64,000 bases of DNA. Origin: a bacterium. GTDB taxonomy: Bacteria; UBA8248. Below the pieces are notes generated by a model. The model was not told where the DNA came from and ran no database searches. It saw nothing but the letters and a program-made list of their open reading frames with translations. Of this stretch, positions 51,596 through 62,529 are shown piece after piece; positions within the stretch are counted from its first letter, which is position 1; each line of letters opens with the position of its first letter. The translations under genes were made by a program, and so were the position numbers. Location of the stretch: positions 3,104,001 to 3,168,000 of the forward strand of contig OZ242260.1 of NCBI GenBank assembly GCA_965207065.1. Direction: 5' to 3'.

Positions 51596-52141
51596 ATGAG
51601 GACGGAATTTATGAATGACACCTCGAACAGACAACGAGTTACCGAGGACTACCGCAAGCGTGTATTGGACGTTCTAGTAGGCAGTTTATGGCACACCACA
51701 CGTCCGGATCGTTTTGTTTCGATACTTGAAGACGGGGCTGTACTGCCAGAACCCGATATCCCGGAATCGGATCGATGGAAGACGTCAAGGGGTCCCGAAT
51801 ACTATCCGTATGTGCGCACTCTGGGTGGCGTGAGCCTTTTCGATTTCAACGATTTTGATCAAGAGAGCTACGACGAGAAATGTCCCCTCAGCACTTGGCG
51901 TGAATTTGTTCCCTTTAGATCAGCTTGGGGATCTGCCGTATGGATCGAGATTGACAGAGAAGCAGTGAAGAACTGTTTGCTCTCTAGTAGTGAACTATTG
52001 GCACGTTTGAAAAAAGAAGGGGCATACCATCATACAATTATGCCACATATTGAAGCTGCCCATATCGGAATGATCCCCACAGAATCGTTTTCCCAGACTC
52101 TATTAGTGAGCGACAGCGCCATCGAAACTATCGACTTCTGA
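51596..52141 (+). CDS. Hypothetical protein, possible ADP-ribosyltransferase-like fold
   Basis: LWHTT...SILEDG, GVSLF; start uncertain. Confidence 0.5.
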   Translation: MRTEFMNDTSNRQRVTEDYRKRVLDVLVGSLWHTTRPDRFVSILEDGAVLPEPDIPESDRWKTSRGPEYYPYVRTLGGVSLFDFNDFDQESYDEKCPLSTWREFVPFRSAWGSAVWIEIDREAVKNCLLSSSELLARLKKEGAYHHTIMPHIEAAHIGMIPTESFSQTLLVSDSAIETIDF

Positions 52142-52759
52142 ATGGCCGGGTTCTGTGCAAAGGACCCATGACATACCGATCGAGCGGGACGTTAATCATC
52201 GCGTTTGCTCCGATGATCCCCGTCATGATCCACAGTGCCGAATCCGAAATTCTACTGACTTAAGACAATAGGCGGAAAACATGAAAGTAAGGCGATCACT
52301 GACTAACCACTAACTAAGACGTTCGTATACCAGCAAGGCTTTGGCGCTCGGCAAAATCTAACCATGATCGGAACTCTTTTGGGTGATGCCAAGAACAAAA
52401 CACCACCCAGTATGCCAGCGTTGCCCTCGAAAGCATCCGCTGCCCGAATCGGAAACAGCATCAACAACGATCTGAATGCGGTATAGTTCTTGGTTCCAAT
52501 GAGCTATCACTCCTACCGGATGAATTAGTTTTCTCATTTGATCTGGTGCGGGAGTGATTGATCTCTATAAGCATTTTGGGGGGTACTCATTGAACAACGT
52601 TGCAGGCAATTTTTTACTGCATTACATTGAGACCTTGGCAAGGCCCCAGGGATGCATAAAACTTGCAAAACTGACAGTTAACATGGACCGCCCACCTAGA
52701 ACCAACGTTTACTTTGCTGACGAACGAAATCCACTTGAGTCTGGCGGAAGGATGGTGCG

Positions 52760-54952
52760 ATGAGCATCGAACGACGCTTCAATGTTTCCTTAGTCGCCGG
52801 AATGGCGCTTAAAGAGAAACAAATACAGCAGAACTATCGCCCCATTATAGGAGTTCACAAGTGGTTCGCCCGTCGCCCGGGAACCCTGTTTCGAGGCTTG
52901 ATTCTGGCGGAATTCGGAAACGCCCGCTTGGATGAACTTTTTTTTCAATCGAATGATTTTCCCGGACTCCGTATCGCTGACCCTTTCATGGGTGGCGGGA
53001 CGCCACTGATCGAGGCGAATCGGGTAGGATGCGACGTGGAAGGCTACGACATCAACCCAATGTCGGCTTGGATAGTCCGCGAAGAGATCGAGCAACTTGA
53101 TTTACCAACATACGTACGCGCCGCCAATGCTCTTATTGCCACGCTCCGCAACGAGATCGACGGTTATTACCGAACATCCTGCCCACGATATGGTGATTGC
53201 GACGTCCCCGTAAAATCCTTTCTGTGGGTCAAGATGCTCGATTGCGAAGACTGCGGGAGGCCATTCGATCTCTTTCCGGGCTATCTTCTCGCCGAGAACC
53301 GGCGGCATCCCAAAAACATTCTAATCTGTCCGGCGTGCGGCGACTTAAACGAAGTTGAGGACCGCAAGAGCCCCGGAACTTGTATCGCCTGCGGAACCGC
53401 CCTCCACCAGAATGGGCCCGCTCGTCGAGGGCGTTGCGATTGCCCGCATTGCGGACATACCAACGACTACCCGGGGAAAACACGACAACCACTCGTCCAC
53501 CGCTTGTTCGCAATCGAATATTACAATCCGCAACGAAAGGCGGAGCATAAAGGCCGTTTTTTCAAGAAACCCGATGAGGAGGACCTTGCCCGTCTAGCCT
53601 ACGTTGCAGGACGTTGGAATCAGATTGCGCCCCGCTTCGTGCCAGACCAGCAAATCCCGGCAGGTGATGAAACTACTCGTTTACATCGATGGGGTTACAA
53701 TCGCTACCGGGACATGTTCAATCCGCGCCAGCTCCTCGGTCTGGAACTGAGTTGCCGACTGATTGCCGAAATAGAAGACCAGCGTATCCGCTATGCACTC
53801 GCGACCAATCTCTCCGACCTACTTCGTTACCAAAATATGCTCTGCCGGTACGACACCATGGCCCTCAAGTCTCTTGACATTTTCTCTGTTCACGGCTTCC
53901 CTGTCGGACTGGTGCAATGCGAGTCCAACCTGCTGGGCATTGCCAATGGTGCCGGGTCGAATGTCGGCTCCGGCGGTTGGTCCAACATCGTCGGCAAGTA
54001 CGTCAAAGCCAAACGCTATTGCGAGGCGCCCTATGAGGTCCGTCACACGGGCTCGCGCAAGGTACGGGTTTTAATTAGTGGCGAACGGATCGGCGGGAGC
54101 CTCAACGGAACCCGCCGTGGTATCGCCATCCACTGCAAAAGTGCAACCGAAATTACGCTTGACCCAGCCAGCCTCGATGCCGTATTCACTGACCCGCCTT
54201 ATTTTGGCAACGTGCAGTACGGTGAGCTGATGGATTTCTGCTATGTCTGGTTACGTCGCCTTGTCGGGAACGAAGCGGAAGGTTTTGACCGTCCCTCGAC
54301 GCGGTCGCGAAACGAATTAACGGGTAATGTCACCCAAGAACGCGGCTTGGAGCATTTTACCGAAGGGCTGTCCGAGGTCTATTCGCGCATGGCCAATGCC
54401 CTGAAGCCCGGCGCCCCACTGGTGTTCACCTTCCATCACAACAAGCTTGACGCCTATTGCGCTGTCGGCGTAGCGATCCTGGACGCTGGCCTCGTCTGTT
54501 CTGCATCGCTGCCATGCCCCGCAGAAATGAGCGGGTCGATCCACATTCACGGCACGGCGTCGTCTATCATCGACACAGTTTTCGTGTGCCGGGATCAAGG
54601 CTGGACACCGCGGCAGTGGCTGTTTGAGTCGGTCGATGAGCTAGTTGTTATCGTCGCTGACGATCTTGCCCAACTCTCGCAAGGCGGTCGCAAACCGACG
54701 AACGGTGACACGAGGTGTATTATTTTTGGCCATCTCACCAGAATGGCAATCTGGAACCTAAGAAAGGATTGGAATTGCGGCAAGACCGTCGAAGAGAAAC
54801 TGGAACTCTTCGCCGAGGTTGTGGCGCAACTTGCCGATTTTCAACTGGTAGTTGATCGTCTTGAATCGCGCACAGCGCTGCCTGTAGAGGACGGGCCTCT
54901 TTTCGCAGACGCAGAATTGGTACAAAGGAATTGTGATGCCGTCACGTTTTAA
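52760..54952 (+). CDS. Amino-DNA methyltransferase with Zn-ribbon insert (DUF1156-like N-terminus)
   Basis: HKWFARRP, DPFMGGGT (motif I), DPPY (motif IV), several CxxC pairs. Confidence 0.87.
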   Translation: MSIERRFNVSLVAGMALKEKQIQQNYRPIIGVHKWFARRPGTLFRGLILAEFGNARLDELFFQSNDFPGLRIADPFMGGGTPLIEANRVGCDVEGYDINPMSAWIVREEIEQLDLPTYVRAANALIATLRNEIDGYYRTSCPRYGDCDVPVKSFLWVKMLDCEDCGRPFDLFPGYLLAENRRHPKNILICPACGDLNEVEDRKSPGTCIACGTALHQNGPARRGRCDCPHCGHTNDYPGKTRQPLVHRLFAIEYYNPQRKAEHKGRFFKKPDEEDLARLAYVAGRWNQIAPRFVPDQQIPAGDETTRLHRWGYNRYRDMFNPRQLLGLELSCRLIAEIEDQRIRYALATNLSDLLRYQNMLCRYDTMALKSLDIFSVHGFPVGLVQCESNLLGIANGAGSNVGSGGWSNIVGKYVKAKRYCEAPYEVRHTGSRKVRVLISGERIGGSLNGTRRGIAIHCKSATEITLDPASLDAVFTDPPYFGNVQYGELMDFCYVWLRRLVGNEAEGFDRPSTRSRNELTGNVTQERGLEHFTEGLSEVYSRMANALKPGAPLVFTFHHNKLDAYCAVGVAILDAGLVCSASLPCPAEMSGSIHIHGTASSIIDTVFVCRDQGWTPRQWLFESVDELVVIVADDLAQLSQGGRKPTNGDTRCIIFGHLTRMAIWNLRKDWNCGKTVEEKLELFAEVVAQLADFQLVVDRLESRTALPVEDGPLFADAELVQRNCDAVTF

Positions 54953-55955
54953 TGCTGACTACAGCGATCCGGGTATTGACTGGGAGCCGCTTGTTAATGA
55001 AGTATTCAACGAATTGACGTCCAGTTTTCTCGAGATGCCGAAAGGCGAGGGCTTCATCGACTATTCGATATTCGAGAAAGGTTACCAAGCCCTTAAACGC
55101 CATACTAACGCCTTTGCAGATACGACTGCCGGGAATGTTCTCGCCGCCGTAAGGGAGATACCAATCTCCTTTGTTGTGTTTCGCTGCATTCTCGGTTTTT
55201 CGCCACCGGAATGGGCCTATGTGACGACTGATAGGACGAAGGTTGAGATTGAGCAAAATGCTGCGCGGGCTATTGATCGGAGAATTCGGGTCAAACCGCT
55301 TGAACCGTTGAATGAAGGTAGCAGCATCACGAGCCAGCGTATCCACGCCATGATCAATGCGGGCGTAGCTCTTGTGCGGGAGGGTGCAAACAGCATGCCA
55401 GCCGGGATATTGCACCGGCTTGATAAAGCCGATACCGTCAACGGGATCAATAGCATGCAATCTCTGGCTAATCTAGGTGCGCCTTATCCAGTTCTATTGT
55501 ATGAGCGGTTTCTAGGCCGACCCTACGCGACTCACCGCGATTCCGTAAGTGAACTGGTTGGCGAAGTCGTTGAAACGGCAGTCAAAAACATTTTAACAGA
55601 TGCCAAGGTAAGCATACGTGAGACTAAGCGTGCTGAGCGTATTCCAGGGTTCGACCAAGCTCCGGACTTCATAATTCCAGATGAATTTACCCCAGTTGCG
55701 GTCATTGAGGCAAAACTGACGGAAGATGACGGCACAGCACGAGACAAAGTTTCCCGCGTTCAACGTCTGCGGACTTTGCGGGACGAGATAAGCGGGGATT
55801 ACGACGTAATCGCTTGCATTGCTGGGCGTGGCTTCAAGGTCAGGCGTGAAGATATGAGACGATTATTACAGGCGACAGATGGCAAAGTGTTTACTCTCGC
55901 GACTTTGGACTTACTCATAGATAACACACGGATCCGAGAGTATCGCGTTAGGTGA
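54936..55955 (+). CDS. Putative PD-(D/E)xK restriction endonuclease
   Basis: PDFIIP...IEAK...RDK; overlaps the MTase stop codon. Confidence 0.72.
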   Translation: MPSRFNADYSDPGIDWEPLVNEVFNELTSSFLEMPKGEGFIDYSIFEKGYQALKRHTNAFADTTAGNVLAAVREIPISFVVFRCILGFSPPEWAYVTTDRTKVEIEQNAARAIDRRIRVKPLEPLNEGSSITSQRIHAMINAGVALVREGANSMPAGILHRLDKADTVNGINSMQSLANLGAPYPVLLYERFLGRPYATHRDSVSELVGEVVETAVKNILTDAKVSIRETKRAERIPGFDQAPDFIIPDEFTPVAVIEAKLTEDDGTARDKVSRVQRLRTLRDEISGDYDVIACIAGRGFKVRREDMRRLLQATDGKVFTLATLDLLIDNTRIREYRVR

Positions 55956-56170
55956 CAAAACGAAATATTGGATTCGTACCGTATCGTGTTCTTGCACGAT
56001 GATGGCGTTGCCAGGATTAGGCGCGTAATGCAGAGTTACTACGTTTTCATTTGCCCAACGAATCGGACGGAACTTGCTTAGTGATCATACAAAATAGATT
56101 GAATTCAGCCTCTAAAAGAGGGTAGTGGAATCTTTTTCCTTGCATGCGTTACTGCACCCCATGACCATCT

Positions 56171-57844
56171 CTAACTTGGCGTCAGGCTCCAGACTTGCAC
56201 AGCTATTTGCGACAGTTCTTGTTGTCGATTCTCAATAGCTTCAGTATCCCAAAATGGTTTATCCACGATCGATCGTGTGATTTCAATCCGGGATTGTTGG
56301 TAAACCGCCTTCTTGTCCTCGAAAGGATCATTATCTGCAGCGACGTTTAAATCACTATCCATGATCGTCAAATTGCCCAGTCTCTTATAGTAATTGGCGG
56401 CATCCTCATCAGATATGTGTCCCCAGTTTTCACTTGGAGTTTGTGGCAAAATGTGCTCCAGATTTACATCATCATGATGTTGATTGATACGTAACTCTTG
56501 GTTGCTGCTCGCGAAAGATTCGATAGTCCGCAAGTAATATCGAGCTAGGTAGTTTTTTGAAACAGTTGCATGCGAAAATACTTCTCCGAAACGTTGGTCA
56601 CTTGGCAGTGACGCACGGTTGAAGTCCAATAGTTGTTGAGCAGAAGTGATTTCTCCCGCAGTAATGTTTTTCGCTGATGTGGAGAACAGAGCCTCTAGTG
56701 ACCCACTACCACCAGAACCGCATATAAGAAAACGAACGGTCCATGAAACTAACATGGGCAGAGATTGTTGTATTTCGGCATCGTCAAACTCTCTAAGTAT
56801 AGCGAGAATAAGGGGGCGGTTTTGAATCACACGAAGCTCCCTAAATGACGATATCGCGTCTTGTACTCTTGCACCAAGATCACGCCATCTCGAATTTGAG
56901 GAGTCATACAGTGCAACATAGTCGGCTGCTGATTGGTTTAAATGGACTGCTAAATCTACGGCTTGTTTTGTTCCTGAAACACGTTCCTTTATTCTGTCGT
57001 ATAGTTCGCGTTCTCTTGTTGTTCCGTACGTCGACGACCACACATGACGAATAAAGGTCTTGATAGCTTGCTCGCGATCAACGCTTTCGATCCGACCCCG
57101 CATGCTGGTCCACGCGTCTTGAACCTCTAGTAGTCTCTGGCCAGACATTCGAAACAAGTAATTCTTCAGCAAATCAGTAATGGACAACTCAATGCCGCGA
57201 TCATTAAGAACTTCGAATATGGTGTAAGCATTTGCTTCGCTACTTACAGTAACTACAATGACTTTGACATTACTTTCGATGTAATCCAGCCAATCATTTA
57301 ATACGTCGATCGGCTCGTGAGATGGCCCGACAATAGTTTGAACAAACTTTTGAACTATCAATTTTGCTTCTCTTATCCTTTTATGTGCCTCGGTGGACAA
57401 ATCGGGGTCGGTATCGTCCACAATCAATGCTTGAAAGAAGGGGTTGTCGCTTTGATTAAGCACTAGATTGGGTTGAGCCTCCAAGGAACGCCGGTCTTGT
57501 TGTGCTATATATTGGGACTGAACTATCTTGGCACGTTCCGAGTCCCCTTTGTATCTAAAATAATTTCTAATTTCGGCGAGAAAGATCGTTATCGACGCTA
57601 AGCGCTGTTGGCCGTCGATAACGTGGAATCTTTGATTGTTCCCAGGAGTTAGAACGATCGTACCTAGAAAGTACTCGGGATCATTTGCCCGTATGGCATC
57701 GCCTATGTCTCTTAGAAGATCAGTGACTTGGTTCTCTTCCCATGCAAAGGAGCGTTGATACGGGGGAGTTTCGATCCTCTTGTCAGATATCAAATGGCCT
57801 ATGCCGTCTAAGCTGGCATCAATGCGGTCGATTGTTTCGGGCAT
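56171..57844 (-). CDS. GmrSD-family (DUF262 + DUF1524) modification-dependent nuclease
   Basis: PPYQRSFAW, DGQQR, FEVLNDRG, LEHILPQ, RLGNL...N. Confidence 0.9.
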   Translation of the reverse strand: MPETIDRIDASLDGIGHLISDKRIETPPYQRSFAWEENQVTDLLRDIGDAIRANDPEYFLGTIVLTPGNNQRFHVIDGQQRLASITIFLAEIRNYFRYKGDSERAKIVQSQYIAQQDRRSLEAQPNLVLNQSDNPFFQALIVDDTDPDLSTEAHKRIREAKLIVQKFVQTIVGPSHEPIDVLNDWLDYIESNVKVIVVTVSSEANAYTIFEVLNDRGIELSITDLLKNYLFRMSGQRLLEVQDAWTSMRGRIESVDREQAIKTFIRHVWSSTYGTTRERELYDRIKERVSGTKQAVDLAVHLNQSAADYVALYDSSNSRWRDLGARVQDAISSFRELRVIQNRPLILAILREFDDAEIQQSLPMLVSWTVRFLICGSGGSGSLEALFSTSAKNITAGEITSAQQLLDFNRASLPSDQRFGEVFSHATVSKNYLARYYLRTIESFASSNQELRINQHHDDVNLEHILPQTPSENWGHISDEDAANYYKRLGNLTIMDSDLNVAADNDPFEDKKAVYQQSRIEITRSIVDKPFWDTEAIENRQQELSQIAVQVWSLTPS

Positions 57845-58000
57845 CGCAAATCCCTTTTGTCAAGTAATGAGATTTTGGATCAAACGTCGGCTTAGAAACA
57901 CGAACGTCATGCCAAGAGTTTGCACGTAAGTCAAAGGGACTTGTGGATGCCATCACGGGTTAGATGCCGAGCAGGAGCCTTCTGGGGAAATGCGCTCATA

Positions 58001-61000
58001 TCACGAGGCTAGGGAAATGGAAATCGCGCGAGCACCTCGGCGGTTGAAAGCGAGCGAGCATTTTCCTCGTGCTCTGGTAGACAACTTATCCCACTCACTA
58101 GGGTCACTGTCTGCGCGGGATGCAAAGATAATTTTTGGAAATGGATACAATTTTAGAAATGCATAACCCTCTTCTTTGCGTTCAACGCGACAATCATACA
58201 TGATTGTGATGCCATCTCGTTCAGCAATGGCAGCTGCCTGTGTTCTGAATCGGCCCGGTGCTTTGTCATGAAGAGCTGTAAACAACACGCCCGCTTTGTC
58301 ATACTGGCCTTGAAGAAATAACTCACGAGCATACCAGAATTGGGCTTCGAAATTGTTGTCACCTTTGGTGAAACCCCGTCTTAGATGATCAATTGCTGCG
58401 TCGTTTTCGCCAGAAGCGATGAGGACACGGCCCATCTCGAGATGTGCTAACTTACTGGAGGGGTTAACCTCTAGGCAGGTTTTCAATACACGCTTACAAT
58501 TCTCCACATCTCCTGATTCTTGGTACATACGAGACAACCAGACAGCGAGCCAATCTTGCCTTGGATTAAGATTGAAAGCGCGCTCAAGAGCTGTCTTCGC
58601 TCGATCAGTCTGAGCGATACATTCTCTAAAGGTTGCCTCTGCAGCCAACAATTGAGAGCTTTCTGGGAAAATTTGAAGGCCGCGTTGGATCACAGTTTCA
58701 GTTTCTTTCGCAGCTTTGACGAAGTCGTTAGGAGGTTTTGTATTGTCAGACACAATAAGTGAGTTTGACAGTTCCTTGAACTCATCAATAGCGAGGCGAG
58801 CGCGCGTATATAGGTCGTACTCGCTGGGCTGGCGAATATTTCCACCGAGTTTTTCACGAGTGAACCGTCTTAAGCTTCGCTTCCTTAGTGGGTCATCTGT
58901 ATCATTGGCCATTCGGCGTGCAATTTCTGCTTGGGTATGTTGAATACTACGACTAGTTGAGTTTAGCTTAAATGCGTGTGTGGCCGCTTCTTCAGCTTGC
59001 ACAAGCGATCCGCCACCATGCTGTATCTCAAAAACGGCTCTTTGATGCCAAACGAAAGAGTCGTTAGGCATAGTTTCTTGCGCACGGTCATAGAACAGTC
59101 GCCCGAGTTCGATGCTCGGAAACATGTCGGCAATGCCCCTTCCTTTAATCAATCGAGAGAAAGTCTCAAGGTCTGACGAGTAATCAATGTTCATGGCTTC
59201 AATTAGTCTCGCGAGAAGATCAAACTTGTCTTCTGGGCTGGGCAACATCTGGTTGAAGACTATCTCGGCGACATGTTGATGGCGACTACGGTAGTAAACG
59301 TCACGTCTATGGTTGTCTTTGACGACATGCACGACATTTTCTAAGGGCTGGATCAATTCTTCTTGAAATTCCTCAAACCTAATCCCAGCAGCACGTGAAA
59401 TGAGTCCAACTCGTACGGGTGCATCGAATTGATGGAGGGCGCAAATATCAAGATATAGGTTACGGGCAGCCGCTGGTTCTATGCGTCGGAATTCGTCAAC
59501 GATTATTTCCTCGAAAGGAACTCCTAGAGTCGCTTCATGGAGAGCGACTAATAGCTGACGTTCTGCCCCTTCGATGAATTTTCTGGTCCGATCCTCTGGG
59601 GAGAGATTTTTAAGTAGACCGAGAGCATTGTGGTGTTCTAATAGGTTGAGAAGTGCTTGAATCTCCCGTTCGCTTAGATAACGGACAGGAAACTCTTGGT
59701 GTAAAAATCGTTCGAGATGCTCACAATAGATGTTCCACTCATTGTCTCTCTCGGCCCCAACAATGGTGAGCGGGATGGACTGAGATCGTGAGCTGTCAAG
59801 TAATTTCCGCAGTTCATCTCGGACGAGTGCAACACGATCGACAAATAGAAATATGCGTTTGCCCGTTAGATGATGAATTTCAGCAAGTGGTTCTATGCGC
59901 AATCCAGCCGGAATTTCATTGAATAGAACAAGGTTGTCGTAAGTAACACCTGCTTCCCAAGCGATGCGTTTGAGCGAGACACTCTTGCCATTGCCCCCTG
60001 GCCCTTTCAACATAAAAAATTCAGCTGTATCGCGTTCCTCTTCGGATAGAAGAACAGCGTCAACTAGTACCGAGTCAGAAAACGAACGGTGGGCATCCAA
60101 ATTTTGAAGTATGCAGCCCCAGCCATTGTCGTATCCATGGTAGAACTCACTAGGATTTTGACTAAGAGCTGTCAGTCCTGAGTGAACATGCGTGGTATCG
60201 GTGTCGAGATAACTTTTTAGAGACAACGATTCTGAAGGTTGCGGGATGCGGTAGTGTTTACGGATAGATAGCTCCCCACCACCAATATTTACAGGAATCG
60301 CTCTCGCAAAGTCAGGAACTGCTTGGTCAATTGTCCTTAGGAAATCCTCGAAGGTAGTTTCAACTGCAAACACACGGAGGTTTGCCCAGTATCGCTTTTC
60401 GAAGTCGCTAATTTTCGGAGATAAATAATAGTAAGGTGGCCTATCGATGTCAGAGTCAGTGAGGTCGAACAATAGTTCTTGAATATGTGGATCGGAAATC
60501 GAATAGCCCGAAAAAATGATTGGATATTCAAATCCCAGATCACGAAACCGATTGTAAAGACGAGTTCTTTTCTTCCCGTAACTTGCGTATTGCTCATTGC
60601 CGAGTATTAGTGGGATTTCCAAATCCGCATAGGATTCGATACAACCATGTAGCTTATAGAAACCGACGGGATTTGTTTCCTTATTAAGCCTTGAGTCAAA
60701 GTTGTCACCATCTTTTACTGATTTGACTAGGGTTTGCTGCGATGCTGGCACGCTTGTGTAGGCTCTTTCGATAATGAGATCGAAATTTGTGGTAGCAATG
60801 GCGCGCCACTGGAATGTAGGAATTAACAAATGAAAGTCTGCGGGTTCAAATGGCATGAATAGTTCGGAAATATACCTTTGGAATTCGGTCAGTCCTACTT
60901 CGTTGGCTGCCATAGCTGCTACGGCGTTGAGTGGTTTTTCCATCAGTTCATCGTTCAAAAATTTCTTACAGAGCCGGTAACGAAGTTCGTCGCCTTGCGG

Positions 61001-61111
61001 AATCTGATCTCCATCAGGATGTTTGGCTTTCAGGCTTGCACCCGCACCAAGAAAAAGCACGGTACGTTGCTCTCTAACTGCGTCAATCAGGGATGGAGGA
61101 ATGTCGACCAC
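58001..61111 (-). CDS. SIR2-STAND NTPase-TPR defence protein with C-terminal cold-shock-like domain (Avs-like)
   Basis: FLGAGAS, TTNFD, KLHG, GYSISD (SIR2-like); GPGGNGKS Walker A; IFLFVD Walker B; TPRs; GYAFLK...AFNRRGARA. Confidence 0.85.
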   Translation of the reverse strand: MVDIPPSLIDAVREQRTVLFLGAGASLKAKHPDGDQIPQGDELRYRLCKKFLNDELMEKPLNAVAAMAANEVGLTEFQRYISELFMPFEPADFHLLIPTFQWRAIATTNFDLIIERAYTSVPASQQTLVKSVKDGDNFDSRLNKETNPVGFYKLHGCIESYADLEIPLILGNEQYASYGKKRTRLYNRFRDLGFEYPIIFSGYSISDPHIQELLFDLTDSDIDRPPYYYLSPKISDFEKRYWANLRVFAVETTFEDFLRTIDQAVPDFARAIPVNIGGGELSIRKHYRIPQPSESLSLKSYLDTDTTHVHSGLTALSQNPSEFYHGYDNGWGCILQNLDAHRSFSDSVLVDAVLLSEEERDTAEFFMLKGPGGNGKSVSLKRIAWEAGVTYDNLVLFNEIPAGLRIEPLAEIHHLTGKRIFLFVDRVALVRDELRKLLDSSRSQSIPLTIVGAERDNEWNIYCEHLERFLHQEFPVRYLSEREIQALLNLLEHHNALGLLKNLSPEDRTRKFIEGAERQLLVALHEATLGVPFEEIIVDEFRRIEPAAARNLYLDICALHQFDAPVRVGLISRAAGIRFEEFQEELIQPLENVVHVVKDNHRRDVYYRSRHQHVAEIVFNQMLPSPEDKFDLLARLIEAMNIDYSSDLETFSRLIKGRGIADMFPSIELGRLFYDRAQETMPNDSFVWHQRAVFEIQHGGGSLVQAEEAATHAFKLNSTSRSIQHTQAEIARRMANDTDDPLRKRSLRRFTREKLGGNIRQPSEYDLYTRARLAIDEFKELSNSLIVSDNTKPPNDFVKAAKETETVIQRGLQIFPESSQLLAAEATFRECIAQTDRAKTALERAFNLNPRQDWLAVWLSRMYQESGDVENCKRVLKTCLEVNPSSKLAHLEMGRVLIASGENDAAIDHLRRGFTKGDNNFEAQFWYARELFLQGQYDKAGVLFTALHDKAPGRFRTQAAAIAERDGITIMYDCRVERKEEGYAFLKLYPFPKIIFASRADSDPSEWDKLSTRARGKCSLAFNRRGARAISISLAS

Positions 61112-61168
61112 TTTTTTCCTTTCTTTAAGTAAATTACTACCAAAAGTAGTTCAATTTGTGCCTTCTCC

Positions 61169-61345
61169 TCACCCCCGCTTCCACGTCACGAAAACCAGCC
61201 ACCACGTCTCTCTCACCGCGTTCTCCAGATTGGGCCGCATGGCAACGCTACTAGGCGTACCGTAGGGGCGGCTTTCTCCCAGGCATCCGTGGCCGGGATG
61301 GCGGGGTCTTCCATGTCGTAGAGCGCGATGATACGGCGCGCGCTC
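61169..61345 (-). pseudogene. Frameshifted 3' gene fragment (EthD/DUF4286-like)
   Basis: IALYDMEDPAIPATDAWEKAA, then a frameshift, then YGTPSSVAMRPNLENAVRETWW; GC-richer than its flanks. Confidence 0.35.
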
Positions 61346-61983
61346 GTTTTCGTTTCACTGTGTTACCGTCTCCGCTGTCGTCGTTTTGCCATTCTCCACC
61401 ATACTGGCACATGTTCTTTATAATGAAAACAGAAAAGCTCTAGGACCGAGGGGTTGCCTTTATTCAGTGTCTCATAATTCCTTTCTTCATTCGCCACAGA
61501 CGCGAATCGAGCACTTGCATGGTGTCCTATCCGGTGATTCCTGATCCGACGTTGGATAGCCGGACTCTAGAGAAGCGCTGCACGATAGCCCTACAGAAAT
61601 AAGCGATACCAATTTACTACAGTGTGATGTTGCCGGGAGGGGAGGAGTCCATCTCATCGCTTACCGACAGATACGCTCTAGGATACGCTGGAGTTGTAAC
61701 TCGTCCGCTTTCGATTTGATTACTTCTTAAAGCAAGCAAATCCTACACGAAACTCGCAAAATACAAATACCCGCAATACTTTCAATAAACTATATAGATT
61801 CCCCGCTCGACGGATATCCCCCACTGTCACTAAACGGGCGAAAAACTCAACAGGGAACTTGAAGAACTCGACCTATACCTGAGTGGGTAGCTTGATTCGT
61901 TTTTCGAAGATGGTCTCAAGGCAAATCCCGGGTTCATTCAGGCGAAAGAAAGCGCACTTATCCTGTGTCAGGGGGTATTCACT

Positions 61984-62529
61984 TCATTCCTTTCCCGAGC
62001 GCCTGAATGACTCGCTCGGGGCACTGAAAACACCCAGAAAATCGGGACTGCTTCCATCTTTCTCGTGAGACCTGATGCTCAGGAACCCGCCTATCACAGG
62101 CGGATTGCCGTCAACATCCCTCAACCCGGAAAAAGAGCCAGCCCAGAATATTCTGGAAACAGATACGGCGTCGCGATCAGGATGCTTGACGCTTATCAAT
62201 TCGGGGTCTCTCGTGAGGAACGTTCCATCCGGATTGTACTGAACCGGCGTTATGTGAATTTCATAGTCTTTCGAATCAGCCTTGAGGGGCACGAAAGGAT
62301 TTCCCTACAACAGTTGTTCATATGCGCTTTTCAGGTGAAGTCTTTGTATGGTGATGTCGCCGACGCATCCCATGCAGCTGCTGAGCGTGCCGGCTTCGAA
62401 GTCGGCCTCGATCATCACGTATGCGGCAAATTCTTCCTGGGAAGTATTCCCCTTGTCTTCACCCCAATCATCTCCGTAACGGTACCGGAACAGGCCACCC
62501 ACCGGGCCGTCATAGGACATTGTCCCCAC
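61984..62529 (-). pseudogene. Degraded TbpB-like barrel protein fragment
   Basis: GTMSYDGPVGGL, IEADF, FWAGSFSG, GNPPVIGG; two same-frame ORFs separated by an in-frame TAG at 62305-62307. Confidence 0.55.

Larger units (their letters stand above)
24100..61150. mobile_element. Integrative element / genomic island with ParB-strawberry notch-toprim-SSB backbone and defence cargo; ends approximate
   Basis: Tandem integrases at the left, GC-rich plasmid/ICE-type backbone genes, AT-richer defence cassettes; att sites not identified. Confidence 0.7.

Noticed and set aside
62305-62307. Pyrrolysine or amber readthrough
   Set aside because: No pyl genes are in the window and the upstream part of the gene is also degraded, so a pseudogene is the simpler explanation.
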